Under the pieces are notes generated by a model, which had not been told where the DNA came from, made no database searches, and worked only from the letters and a program-made list of their open reading frames with translations. A DNA stretch of 64,000 nucleotides from Camelus ferus (Eukaryota): the NCBI RefSeq assembly GCF_009834535.1, contig NC_045697.1, positions 13,208,001 to 13,272,000 of the forward strand, in the 5' to 3' direction. The translations under genes and the position numbers were made by a program. Below are positions 27,118-39,556 of the stretch, piece by piece. Positions within the stretch are counted from its first letter, which is position 1. Each line of letters starts with the position of its first letter.

Positions 27118-27638
27118 TAGATATATTTATTGAAGTATAATCAATTTATAATGTTGTGTCAATTTCTGGTGTACAGCATAATGTTTCAGTTATACATATA
27201 CATCTATATTCATTTTCATATTCTTTTTCATTATAGGTTACTACAAGATGCTGAATACAGTTGCCTCTGCTATACAGAAAAAACTTGTTGTTTATCTGGT
27301 TTTGTGAGGATTTCCTTGTATTTCTGATGTAAGAGATATTCTGCCAAACTTCAGTAGGTATTCTGTGTGATTTACTCCATATGTAGCTGTGGTTTTTGCT
27401 GTATTTGTGGGAGAGGGTAAACTAGTCATCCTTCTACTCTGCCATCTTGGCCCAGCTCAGAACAAGTGTTTCTTGAAATATCTTTTTTTTTCTTGTTCTT
27501 GGTCTAGTTTCACTTGCTCACAGGGTGCTGTGTGCAAAGGACTCGCACCTGGCCCTTTAGATCAGAGTTCTTGGTGCGAAAGAGCTGTGCCTGACCCTTC
27601 AGCTGGCTGGGCCGTGTGCAGCGACATTGCATCTGACA
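27118..27638 (-). mobile_element. Chimeric non-autonomous L1 insertion: non-L1 leader, then L1 5'UTR (27453-27296) fused to L1 3'UTR (27295-27126)
   Basis: Minus strand reads leader, then 'gggccaagatggcagagtagaagg...cacaaaaccag|ataaacaacaag...gattatacttcaataaa'. It interrupts host ORF2 between 'ggaaaattctctca' and 'atcaaatatttaaagaa'. Confidence 0.85.
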
Positions 27639-29242
27639 ATCAAATATTTAAAGAATAAATAATACCAGTCCTTCACAAAGCTTTACATAATTTAGAAGAG
27701 TGGGACACGCTATCCAACCCAAACTATGAGTCCAGTGTTACCCTGATACCAAAACAAGACTAAAATTTCACAAGAATATTACATACCAATATCCAAGATG
27801 AATTTATGGACAAAAAAATCTGTAATGATATTAGCATACTGAGTCAGCAATGAATAAAAGGATTATATACCATGGCAAGTGGGACTCATCTCAGGAATGC
27901 AAAGTTGGTCTAACAACAAAAAATCAATTAATACTATACTATAGTAAAATAAAGGACAAAAAAACACATTATTATTTCAATAGAGGTAGACAAAGAATTT
28001 TAAATATCACAACACCAATTCATGATAAAAACTCCCCCCAAAATTGGAATAGAAATATACTTACTCAGCCTGGTAAGATCATCTCTGAAAAGTTTATGAG
28101 CAACATCAAAGTTAATGTTGAAAGACAATATGTTTTCCCTAAGGGTTGGAATAGGTAAGAATGCCTAATTTTGCCAATTCTACTCAACATTGTTCTGTAG
28201 GTTCTAACTAGTATGATAAGGCAGTAATGGAGGGGCAGGGCATTCAAACTGGAAACAGAGGAATAAAATGTCTTTATGATTTTAAAGTTGTATGACGAAA
28301 ATCCTAAAAAAAATTCGTGGGGATGAGGATGGTTACTAGACATATAAGTAAGTAAAAAATTCTAGGACAGAAGATTAACGTAAAAAAATCAATTTTCCTC
28401 CTATTCACTAGCAATGAAAAACCTGAAAAGAAAATTGTGAAAACAATTCTTATTTCAATAGCGTCAATAATAATAAAACACAGATATAAAAGAAGGAAAA
28501 AAGGAATGGAAATACTCTCAAACTGAAACCTACAAAACATAGCTGAGAGAAATTAAAGATGATCTAAAATAATGGAAAGACATTTCATTTTCACAAACTG
28601 AAGACTCAATATCATTAAATGATAATTCTCCCCAGATAGATCTATAAATTCCATGCAGTCTCTTTCAAAATTACAATACTCTCTTGTAGAAATTAAGTAG
28701 ATTCTGAATTTCATATGGAAGTTCAAAAAACCAAGATATCCATCATAATTTTGAAAAAGAAGAAAGTTGGAGAATGCACAGTATTTGATTTCAAGGCAAG
28801 GTATAAAGCCATAGCAATCAAGATAGTGAATTGGCACAAAGATAGGTATATAGATTAATGGAAGAAAATTATGGGTCTGAATGATGGCGAGACAATTGTA
28901 AATTCCTATGTATAAAGAAGAAAAAAAGAAAGAGGAAGAGGAGGAAGAGGAAGAGAAGAACTTAGACTTTTAACTCACACTATATGAAAAAATTAATTCA
29001 GAACTGATCAGACACCTATATATGAGAGTTAAAACTATAAATCTTCTAAATCAAATGTAGGACAAAATCTTTGTGACCTAAAGTTGGGCAATAAATTCTA
29101 AGAAATGACGATAAACATAAGGGAAAAAAAGGAATACACTGGATTTTATCAAAATTAAAAGTTTTGTGCCTCAAAAATATCATTTAGAAAATCCATAGAC
29201 TAAGAAAATATTTATGTCAAACATCTGAAAAAGACTTGTACC

Positions 29243-29525
29243 GACTCACAGACATAGAATACAAACTTGTGATTGCTGGGGGAAGGGAGGTGGGAAGGGA
29301 TAAACTGCGAGTTCGAGATTTGTAGATACTGACAGGTACATATAAAATAAACAAGATTATACTGTATAGCACAGGGAAATATATTCAAGATCTTGTAGTA
29401 GCTCACGGTGAAAAAGAATATGAAAATGAATATATATATATAGTCATGTGTGACTGAAAAATTGTCCTGTATACCAGAAATTGACACAACATTGTAAACT
29501 GACTATAACTCAATAAAAAAAGAAA
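29243..29525 (+). mobile_element. Young L1 3'UTR end nested in the older L1
   Basis: 'gactcacagacatagaatacaaacttgtg...gactataactcaataaaaaaa'. Host L1 resumes at 'aatatataaagaactc'. Confidence 0.9.
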
Positions 29526-32500
29526 AACATACAAATTAATTTGTAGCCATAATATATAAAGAACTCTTTTGATTTATTATAAGTAGACCAAAAAAACAAT
29601 TAAAATGGACAAATTCTTTGAGTAGACATTTCACTAAAGATTTTACCACCAAAAGCTAATAAAGCACATGAAAAGTCTTCAACCATATTAACTATTAGAG
29701 AGATGGAAATAAAATTACAAAGAGATATCGCTATACACCAACTAGAATGCCTGCAATCAAAAAGAGATACAATACCAATGTTCGGCCAAAACGTGGAAAA
29801 TCGAATTCTTCATACATTGCTGACTGAAATGTAAAATAATCTGACTTCTTTGGAAAACCATTTGGCAATTTCTTAAAAATTTAATTTTCCTATAAGACCA
29901 AGTTGTTTCAATCTTAATAATATACCCAAGAGATAAAAAAAAAACAACCCATGTGCCTCAAATGACATATATACAGATGTTCACAACAGCATTATTCATA
30001 ATAGCCAGAATTTGGAAACAATGTGAATTCCCACCAACTTGTAAATAAACAGACAGGATGTGATAATATACATATTAAACATTATTAATCAAGTAAAAGA
30101 AATGAACTACTGGTACACACAATAATATGATATAGAAACTTAAACCATTATGAAAAGTGAGAGAAGCCAGACAGGAAAGGCTACCTATTGTATAAGTGAA
30201 TGTTTATTAAAAGCCCAGAAAATGTAAATTATATAAAGACTGATAGCAGATCAGCTGATGCATGGCATTGCTAGTGAGAGTCAGGATTAGATGTAAACAG
30301 GTACAAGAGAGATTTTGGAGTTTATAGAAATGTTCTAAATTGTGATCATTATTAAATAACTCTATAAAGTTGCTAACAATCAGTGAACTGTACAATCACA
30401 ATGGGGAAACTTTGTAGTATGCAAATTATCTCTTAATAAAGCCATTGAAAAATGAGTGGCTGCAGAAAACTGTTTTGTGGGTGGTAAAGAAGGGATTTGA
30501 TACAGGGGATTAGTTAGAAATACATTGCACAAATACAGGTAAAAGGAGATGAAATGAAAGTGTCAAGCATACACCAATGTACAGAGTTAGAAATGGAAGT
30601 GACCCTAGAGATCTGTGTCTTCCCACACTACTGGATTTTAAATTAAAACTCGGTAAGTGTAGGTGACTTTTCTATTCTCATATATAGCTTTATTAGAAGA
30701 ACGAAAAGTAGATCTTAAGTCTGTTGAAATATTCAGCACTCATTATATTTTTCATTTATTTAAGAGTTGGTAAAAACTCAGATGAGATTGTTAAAAGCAA
30801 AGTTTTCTCTTTAAAAAACACTATTGTTCTTTAGAATCGGCACAAAAAAGCAAATGCTTTTGTATGAACTGTGTTAGATGGGCTCTAGGTGAGTGCTGAA
30901 AATGAAAATAAAACCAGCTAAAGGTGTTATTCAGAACTTTTAAAAATTTGAATACATTTTTCCAAAGGAAACATAATGAGTATCAATTTGTCCAAAAAAA
31001 AAAAAAAAACCCACAACTATTAACATTAAAAAGTGGTTAAAATGCAAGCAATTTCCTTGAAACCATAGAGAAGATGTAATTCTGATGTGCTTGTTCCACT
31101 TGGCAAATAAGGAGTGGGAGTTGGTGGGTGGGGGGGTTCGGGGGTGGGGATGGCATCAATATGATCAGTTAACTCAGGCAGTAAAAATTGTGTTCAGTTC
31201 AATTCATTCATTTCAGAATGACTATTAGATCCTTTCGGGTTTAGCAAAAGGAGTAAAGATTCAAAAAAGCTACAATTTCCCCAGAAATAAGATAAGCAAA
31301 TTTCAGTTCACTTTCCCTGAATTAATGCTGAATTACTGATTTTATTTCTGGAAGGGAAAAATGATCCACATTCCATATCTCTGCAATTTCAAGGTGACAA
31401 GCTTAGCCTGTGAAACACTACATGTATGGAAAATCAGTCCAAGAAATTTTTTTTCCTGTGAAGCACATATTTCAATAACTAACCTACCATCAAGTGACAC
31501 CTACTATAATAAAAATACCTTTCTTACAAGGAATACTAGTAGCTTAATATACAGTGCTATTCTTATCTATAAGCACCTATTTTGATGAGGAGTGAATCTG
31601 GAGTTCGTTAACACAATGCCAGCTGGTGAACATATCAACGGATAAGTGAACGAATGAGTAAATGAATGAATAAAAACTGGCATCACAAACTTGTACAAAA
31701 ATCATGTTAGCACATTTCCTTGATTTTTGCAACCAAATTCAAAGCTATTCGACAGCAGAACTGAAGCAATAATTTAAATGAAAAAAAAAACCTCTTCATG
31801 CCAACCTTCCATTCTTAATTATCCAATTCATCAATAATATATCATCTTTCCCCATACCTCTCTATTTCCAAAGGAGAGAAAACTATAAGCTTTAGAGAGT
31901 AGGATGCTTTCTCTAGGTTAACTCACAAATTAGGTGAAAAGTTCACAAAATGTGAGCTAGCTGTTGATTTTTCCAGGCAAACAGGATGAGTGAAAAAAAA
32001 AACCACAGAAAAAAAACACACATCACTGGAAGACCTGGGATTTGAAGGCCAATATCATTCTAGAAGCAAGTCAGAAATGCTGAGAGTAAAAAGTGTCTGA
32101 TGTTCAGTTAGCAGCCTGCAAGTTAGAAGGGAAACTAATGATTAAAAACAGTATTTTATGCACACAGTAATATTTTATCCTAGAGTCTTCTTTTCATATT
32201 TATTAACTCTTTATAGGAAAGTTAGCATTCAAATATAGGATCTTAAGAAAGAGTTAATAGTGAGAATTCTGTAGATTTACACAATGCTAAGTGAAGTAAT
32301 ATTTCCTTTGCAAATTTTTAATGTTTAGGATATGCCCAAGATATGTTTTTTAATGATAATAATATTGAGAAAACATATGGATACAAATAAGCTTTGCCAA
32401 CAATTTTAAGCTCTGAATAATACCTATGCAAGAAGTGATTAATTACTAAGCATTTTAATACTAATTCAATTAACTCCATTCATTTTCCACATCACACTGT

Positions 32501-33824
32501 CTCTAATTAACTGACTTGCCATTAAAAACAGCACACTTGTGACAAGAATTGTACAGGAAAAAAAAGGAAGATGCTGTCATTGAATTCAAACTGCTAATTT
32601 ATAACTACAGCCTAGGGGAAGAAATATATTTTGTTTACAAAAAAATTTAAAATGAAAGCCAAACAAAAAAATCACTACTAAACAATAGTAAACATAGATT
32701 CATCTAACTACAAATATCTTCTATAGCATAAAGCTTTTAGAATGAATTGTAAGCATAGGAACTACATTTCAGGAATTGGTTCTACAATTCAATCACATTT
32801 AATATAATTGTAATATTTTACAAAGCATTCTTTCTTCCGATGTTTTTATTGCAAAATACAAACATGTTGATCTAATTGCTCATGACACTTCTAATTCCCA
32901 AGACTGGATCACTTTATTGTCAGGGTAGGTGAGAATCAGATTTCTAGTAGAAGGAGTCATCAGTACCGTGGAATTTAATTGAATTTTGACCTCAAGCTGA
33001 TAGGCAAAATTATTAATGGATCAGCTTTTATATAAATTGATGCTGCTTTGCTAACTTCTTCTTCCCATTTATATAAAGGGCACTGCACATTGAATGTCTG
33101 GGAAAATGAGTTACAATTAAATAATAGCAAGGAATATTGTAGTCATTTACAGCTTAACTTTGTGAATTGTAGACCACTTAATATCATAGCCAATATGCTT
33201 TCTCTATTATAATGTTCTCAGTGCAGCATGTTCATTAAAACATGTATCATTGCTTTGTAATCTCTGAAGACAGATGCCATTTTAATGCAACAAATATGAG
33301 TTGTTATATGCTAAAAAAAGGGGGGAAGCAAAACAGAGCCCAGGATTTATTTAGAAAAGTTAAAATGGCAGACAGTATATTACAGTCTAATTTTAGTCAA
33401 AGAATTAATATATTATCTAGTTGTATATATAAAGTACTGTAATAGATCAACAGGATTGTGAGCTGGTCTTGAGATGAGTTAAGGCCGTGGGACCCAAGGC
33501 CATGATCAGAGCATGTTTATAGTATGCAGTAAATAATTGCTCCACACATGTGTCAATTATATAAGATTTAGAACAAAGAAAAAAGAAGTACGCATGTGCT
33601 AGAGATATTCTATAAGCCTAATGAACAAAGAAACTCAGATTGCGCATGTGCTGGCAGAAAACAGATAAAAGCAGGACAGGTGCATCATAGGCACGCACCT
33701 CCCTGTGGCAATAAAGTGTTGTTAACCCCATGGTGTCTCCAGCTGAAGTCTGCTCGGTGGTATGGCAACTCCTCGTGCATTTTTTTGTTTGGGCCACTCA
33801 CCTCCTAGAACCCCATGTGAGCCT

Positions 33825-34000
33825 CCCTCGGCTGACAAGGATAATGATGATTAACCTGTCACTTTAGCTGTCAAAACTGTGCTATTAAAATGCTTTCATT
33901 AAGCATTCACATTTTCATAAAGAACAAAACATTATATTAATGAAACATCAACTTACGTCAATTTATTTAAATTAGCATAATCAACATCAGCAATATTTAA
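33825..34000. promoter_or_regulatory. Candidate developmental enhancer (MEIS/homeodomain motif cluster)
   Basis: TGACAA, CTGTCA and CTGTCA within ~45 bp plus many TAAT/ATTA cores, in a repeat-poor stretch. Motif evidence only. Confidence 0.35.
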
Positions 34001-34697
34001 CTTTAAAAACAGATATAAAAACATGTTCATTTAAAAATTGCTCATCTTTGAAAATACTCCTCAAAGAAAAACCATTACCAGATCTTATAATGGTCCAGGT
34101 TACCTAGAGGGGAGATCAGAGTTGGGCCCGTGCATAAGAAAGTGAAGTATCACTAGCTGTTTGATGAAGATTCAATTGTTCTCTCACTTGGTTCCCTAAA
34201 TGTGCTGAAAAATAGTACTTAGTTTATGGCATTGTCATTTCTAAAGGCAAAGGAAACATCTGGAGATAAGTGATTGCTTGATTTGTAACATCACCTCTCC
34301 CACATTTTGTGGCTGTTTTCTTCCATTTCTTTTGGTATCAACATGCCATGTGTCACTGTAATCCTTGCTTTTCAAGCCACCACCACTGATGTGATCCAGC
34401 TGCCACAACAGGAATAGAGTTGAGTTTGCCAGGATCTGCTTTGGGCTGATAGTGAGTACTGGGGCAAGATAGGGTAATATGTCAGTGACAATTGGGGTTG
34501 GCACACTGGCAAAGCCACCAACAGTTTTATGTGAGAAATCACTCACCTCTAAGCCCCATATCAATTCATCCAAACTGGATCCACTGCAGTTGAGTTTTGA
34601 ACCTAGATATTGGCCAAAGGATCATGAAATGTTAAAGCAGCAATAGCCCTGCATTTGGCATCACGAGGATTAATTTTGCCTCCCATATCTCTATATT

Positions 34698-34890
34698 GTA
34701 TAGCATAGTGGTTTACAGGAAGAGCTTTGGAATCAAACATACTTGAATCTGATTGCCAGTTTCAGTACTTACTAAGTATGTGACCTTAGGGAAAAACATA
34801 AAATGATTAAACTTCTGTTTTTTCATCCCTAAAATGGAAGCATGATAGTACCTTTCAGAGAGTGGTAGAGTAGATTACATGAAATAATGG
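34698..34890 (+). mobile_element. MIR SINE
   Basis: 'tagcatagtggtt...ctttggaatcaaac...gtgaccttaggg...catccctaaaatgg'. Confidence 0.75.
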
Positions 34891-34929
34891 AGGTTAGTTA
34901 TAATATTATCATTATAGTCATCGAGGGTA

Positions 34930-35272
34930 CTGTGCAATGACAGTTAAGGCTCATCAGGTAATCCTCCACATTTCCAAGTTTCCTTGCAATTTATTGGGAC
35001 CATGTGATTACCACTGGAAAATGAAATGTGAAGGACAATTACGTGAGTCACTTCCAGATTGAAGCAATAAAGAGGTTGGTGCTTCTTTGCATCTCTCCCA
35101 TCCCCCACCACAGCAACCTTGTATACCACATGTTCCAGATGATAAAGTTACGAGATGGAGGAGGTCCAACAATCTAGATTGAATTTCACATGAGTGGAAA
35201 ATAAACCACAGACGTGTGAGAGTTATTTTATTTTTTTTACCATAACTTAGCCTAGTCTATACTGACTAACAC
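34930..35272 (+). mobile_element. Old MaLR LTR (MLT1I/J-like)
   Basis: 'cacatttccaagtttccttgca...gggaccatgtga', 3' end 'agcctagtctatactgactaacaca'. Confidence 0.65.
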
Positions 35273-38200
35273 AGATCTTTTTGAGATAGGAATGGCAAGT
35301 CTAACTGCTTCCATTTTATAGTAGGAAAAACTAAAGCTCAAAGATTTAAAACAATTTTCCTAAAATTCCAGAGATAATCAGTTATATTACTGGGGTTAGA
35401 TTTCAAATATTTCCATCCCATGAGATTTTTAACATGGAAGGTGAGGGACTTGAGAACTTAGATCATGATCACCATAATCATATCACATTTGTATGAAGAT
35501 CTGAATCTATGCAATGCTTTCTATCAGCTGGCATTGCGTTGACAATCTCCAGATTCACTCCTCATCAAAATAGGTGCTTATAGATAAGAATAACACTGTG
35601 AATTAGGCTCCTAGTATTCCTTGTAGAAAGGTATTTTTATTATAGTAGGTGACACTTGTTCTATACTAGTGGGACTCAATCCTCAACAGTAACTGAAGAT
35701 CTGAAACCTCTTTGCACTATTTTAAAAATAGACATGTCTGTACCCTTGAAGATTCTTCATCAGTAGACCAGCAGTGGGTCCAGACCAAACATACTATGAA
35801 GGCTATATAGGAAAATGAACTAATGATACACACCAGAGTTAAGAATCACTGTTTCAGATGTTACTCTAGTCGCAGGGAATATAAAGACTAATAAGAAACT
35901 GTCCCTGTAGTAACTTTCTAGAACATTATGAACAACTAAGCAAAATGAGAATACATGTAAATGAACAGTTGACCATAGGGATATATCCAGTGGCTGAGGA
36001 AATTTCCCCCAGAATCATCTTTATTTCTACATTACTGGGTTTAAAATCCAATTTAAATATCTTCGCTTTTATTATATACACAAGAATATTGGGACTGATT
36101 AGAAGTGATCAAGAGAAATGATGTTTTCTGAATTATAGTCATAAATTATAGATTTAGAATTAACATTCAAAACAGTATTTTTAAAATCTATTCTCAATAG
36201 CCTAAAGATGTCAGGCCCAGGTTTTAGTCACCATTTTATTGCAAGGTGAAAACTGTGAGAGACACACAGAAACCATTCTATAAATTTTTCTTGAATTAAT
36301 GGCCAACAGGATGAATAATGTAGCTCCGAAATGATGATTATATTGGTTATTGTTTTACTTTGGCTAAGTTAATTTCACTAATGCCTCCCCCATTCTTTTA
36401 GTGAATGTCAAGGAAACCTTTTGAGTATTATGAAAGGAGTTTTCTGAATTGCTTCCCCAAATCATGACAGCCATAATGGCTAACAGAAATAATTTTCTCA
36501 CCTGCTGAGCAAACTACCTCACCTCTTTAACAATCTGTGCAAAGTCAAACGCTATTGCTGCCAAGATGGGATTTTGAATTCTACAAATCTTGGATCCTTC
36601 TTCCTAGAATATATCCAAAACAAGATTCATGAAACCAAGCAAAATGTTGCCAAGGCAATCACATTGCTTCTTTCCAATTCCCAACTGTTTCAGAAGGCAA
36701 ATAGCATTGGGAACCAAATTCTGTCAAGAATTAATTATGGAATTAGGTGCTAATGACAAAGATGATAGAGATTTGGAGCCAATTTGGAGAATTATCTAAA
36801 GAATTAAAACTACAGTAATATAGCAACAATTGAGAGGATTTTTTTGTGTGCACAATACAGCTTTTGCCCTAATTTTAGCATGTGAGTAAACACTGAAAAG
36901 TCGGAAACTGAAAATATCAGTCCTCAGACAGAAAGGTTCTGAGAGAACTGATTTATTAGAATCAACACCTAAGAATAATAATAGCTCACACTTATCCAAT
37001 TTTTTTTATATAATGTTGCCATGATCTGAGCCCAACTCTCAGTGTGCTATGAATATTGACCCCTTTTAACCCTCCCAACTAACCTATAAATCCAATCAGT
37101 ACTTTTTTTCTTCCTAATATTTTATGCTTGAGACAGACAGATCCCAGGTTTTCTGGTTCTAGTGTTTTATGATTTTAAACACTGTACTGAAAGAAAAGAA
37201 TTTCAAAACATCCCATTTTGAACAACATCTTTCTTTAAAATTTCCATGCATGGCTACTCAGAGATGATAAATGAAATATTTTCTGTATTATTTAGCTTCC
37301 AGAACATACAGTCATATTTTCAAACTCTTCTTACTTCTATTAAGACACTGATTCTCCATTATTGAAAAGACATCCTAGCTGTCATTCATGTTTGCTCCAG
37401 AATATAGTAATATTAGTAGATCTGCTGTCAATAAGGACCTGTTTAAACCTGAAATATTTGAGATACAAATGTGTACACTACGCTCTTAAGTGAACTACTG
37501 AGACTCCATGACTCTGTAAAATACTTAGCAGTTTCAGGGATGATATCTTTGACAGTGTGTTAACTGGGGGCAATTCTTTTCAACTATGCCATAAATATAT
37601 TTGGACAATATCCCCATGTTATGGGATGCCAGTTTAGAGACAGAAATGCTAAATGAAAGAAAGAATTTAAAGGATCAGATTGACTTCTGGAAAAAAAAAA
37701 GTAAAGAGAATAATATAAATCTAAACTTACTTGTGTTATTATCTCATCTCTCTCTGAATAGCAGCATTCAGTTGTGTCCAGATAGCCTTGTCATGAAAAC
37801 CAGTAAAAATCTTTATCCTCTTTTAAAGCCTTCTCAGACAGGCTGCTTGACCTAATGAACTGAAAAATCTCTTTCTTTTCCTCTTTGAATTAACCAAGAG
37901 GATAAAACATGTGGGTTTATAAGCTTGGCATGATGTCTTAAGATATGAACTTTGATAAGTCTAGGCTTCATTCCAACCACAATCTTGGTTCTTTGTTGTC
38001 TCCTACAGGTAAGAGGTGCCACTCATTGATTCAGAGGAATCATTTTCCTTTCTTCTAACAAGGCTGTAAAATCTTGAAAACGTGACATGATTCTGGCATC
38101 TCCCAGCCGAAGTCAATAATAACCTTCACCTGCAGGCTTAGTCTAGCCAAATTCCTGAACCCTTATGAACTTCTAATCAGCAGCAGCTTTGGCTTTTGGA

Positions 38201-38321
38201 TCTTAGGTGTTATCTTCACTTTTCTTTTACCTTCAGCCACTGCATTCAATTATTTACCAAATACTAGATATTTCACATCAAATACATATATGAAATAAAT
38301 ACATATTTCACATCATGTATA

Positions 38322-38395
38322 TTTCTATACCTATCTATCCATTATCTATCTATCTACCTATCTACCTATTATCTATCTATCCATCCATCCATCTA
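38322..38395. repeat. Degenerate (TATC)n/(CATC)n tetranucleotide repeat within L2-like sequence
   Basis: Seen directly. Confidence 0.85.
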
Positions 38396-39556
38396 ATCCT
38401 CTGCTTTCATATCAATCTCTCCACTCTAGTCATGTCCCCAAAATCTCAAAATTGGATTATTGCACCAAGTTCCTGCTTTCATTCTTCAGTCTTTGGATTA
38501 TACTGGTTCTAGGGTTCCATAATACAAACCCAACTGGGACACTTCTGTTGAAAATTTTACAGTCACTCCACATTTTCTAAATATGGTTTACCACACGTAG
38601 AAAGGTCTGGACATACTCATGCAGACTTACTTCCTGCTACCTTCCTTTTCACTTTTCATACTCCAGCAACAACAAATTGCTTATATTTTGTCTATACTGC
38701 AATCCCTCTGCAGTACTTCACACTGCTTCATCTTTGCCCAGCTAATTCCTTCTTATGCACAGACCTCCTCCTACCTCTGCTCCCCCAGACTGCCTGGAAA
38801 ACTTTTACCCCTACTCATTCATTAAGAGTCAGATTAGAGGTCATTCCTTCGAGTGTCTCAGCTCTGACCCCTCTAGGCTGGGTTATACATCCCTCTTCTG
38901 TATGCATTTCACTTATTAGATTCTGTAGCATGTTTTGTGCCTACCTTTACCATTAGATTGTGATGTCCTTTAGGGCACAGGCTATGTCTCATAAATTGTT
39001 GTAACTCCAGCACCTAACAAAGTTCCTGACACATGGCCAATAAACTTTTATTGCATAGGGAGTCTTCAAGCCATAAAATGACTCACAGGAGAATTAATGG
39101 AGAAGTAACACGGTCTGAGCACTCCGTTGGGAACCAGTACACTGCATGCTGCTGGCGAGGTCACTTAACCTTTCTGCGCCTCAATTCTCTCAGCTGAGAA
39201 GAGACCACCTATATTTTAAGGTTCTTTCCAGCTCCATATTTCTATGAAATGCATACTCTTCATTCTGCATTTACGTTTTTGATTATAGAAATTTAACAAC
39301 TCCCTTGAGACATTTGTAGACATTACATACAGTAACTACACTGAAGTTAAGAAGCTATTGTGAACCAAGGCATTCACACAGATAAAGTTCCCTAGGAAAG
39401 TAATGTAAGCAAATGTAAATTTAAATAAATAATAAATGTTTGTGACTTAAAAATATTATACAAATGCAATAGAAATACTAAATATATCCATGTAGGTATG
39501 TATAGATTTCTTCAAGACATTTTATATATAAAAGTATATGTGTATAGATCACATAT

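Larger units (their letters stand above)
25830..30452 (+). mobile_element. Old L1 with degraded 5'/ORF1 part, ORF2 from ~27050 and 3'UTR; hosts two younger insertions
   Basis: 'agcccaggcccagatggttgcactgg' (SPGPDG.TG), ORF-track hit 27850 'KRIIYHG', 3' end 'aaattatctcttaataaagccattgaaaaa'. The 5' boundary is uncertain. Confidence 0.8.
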
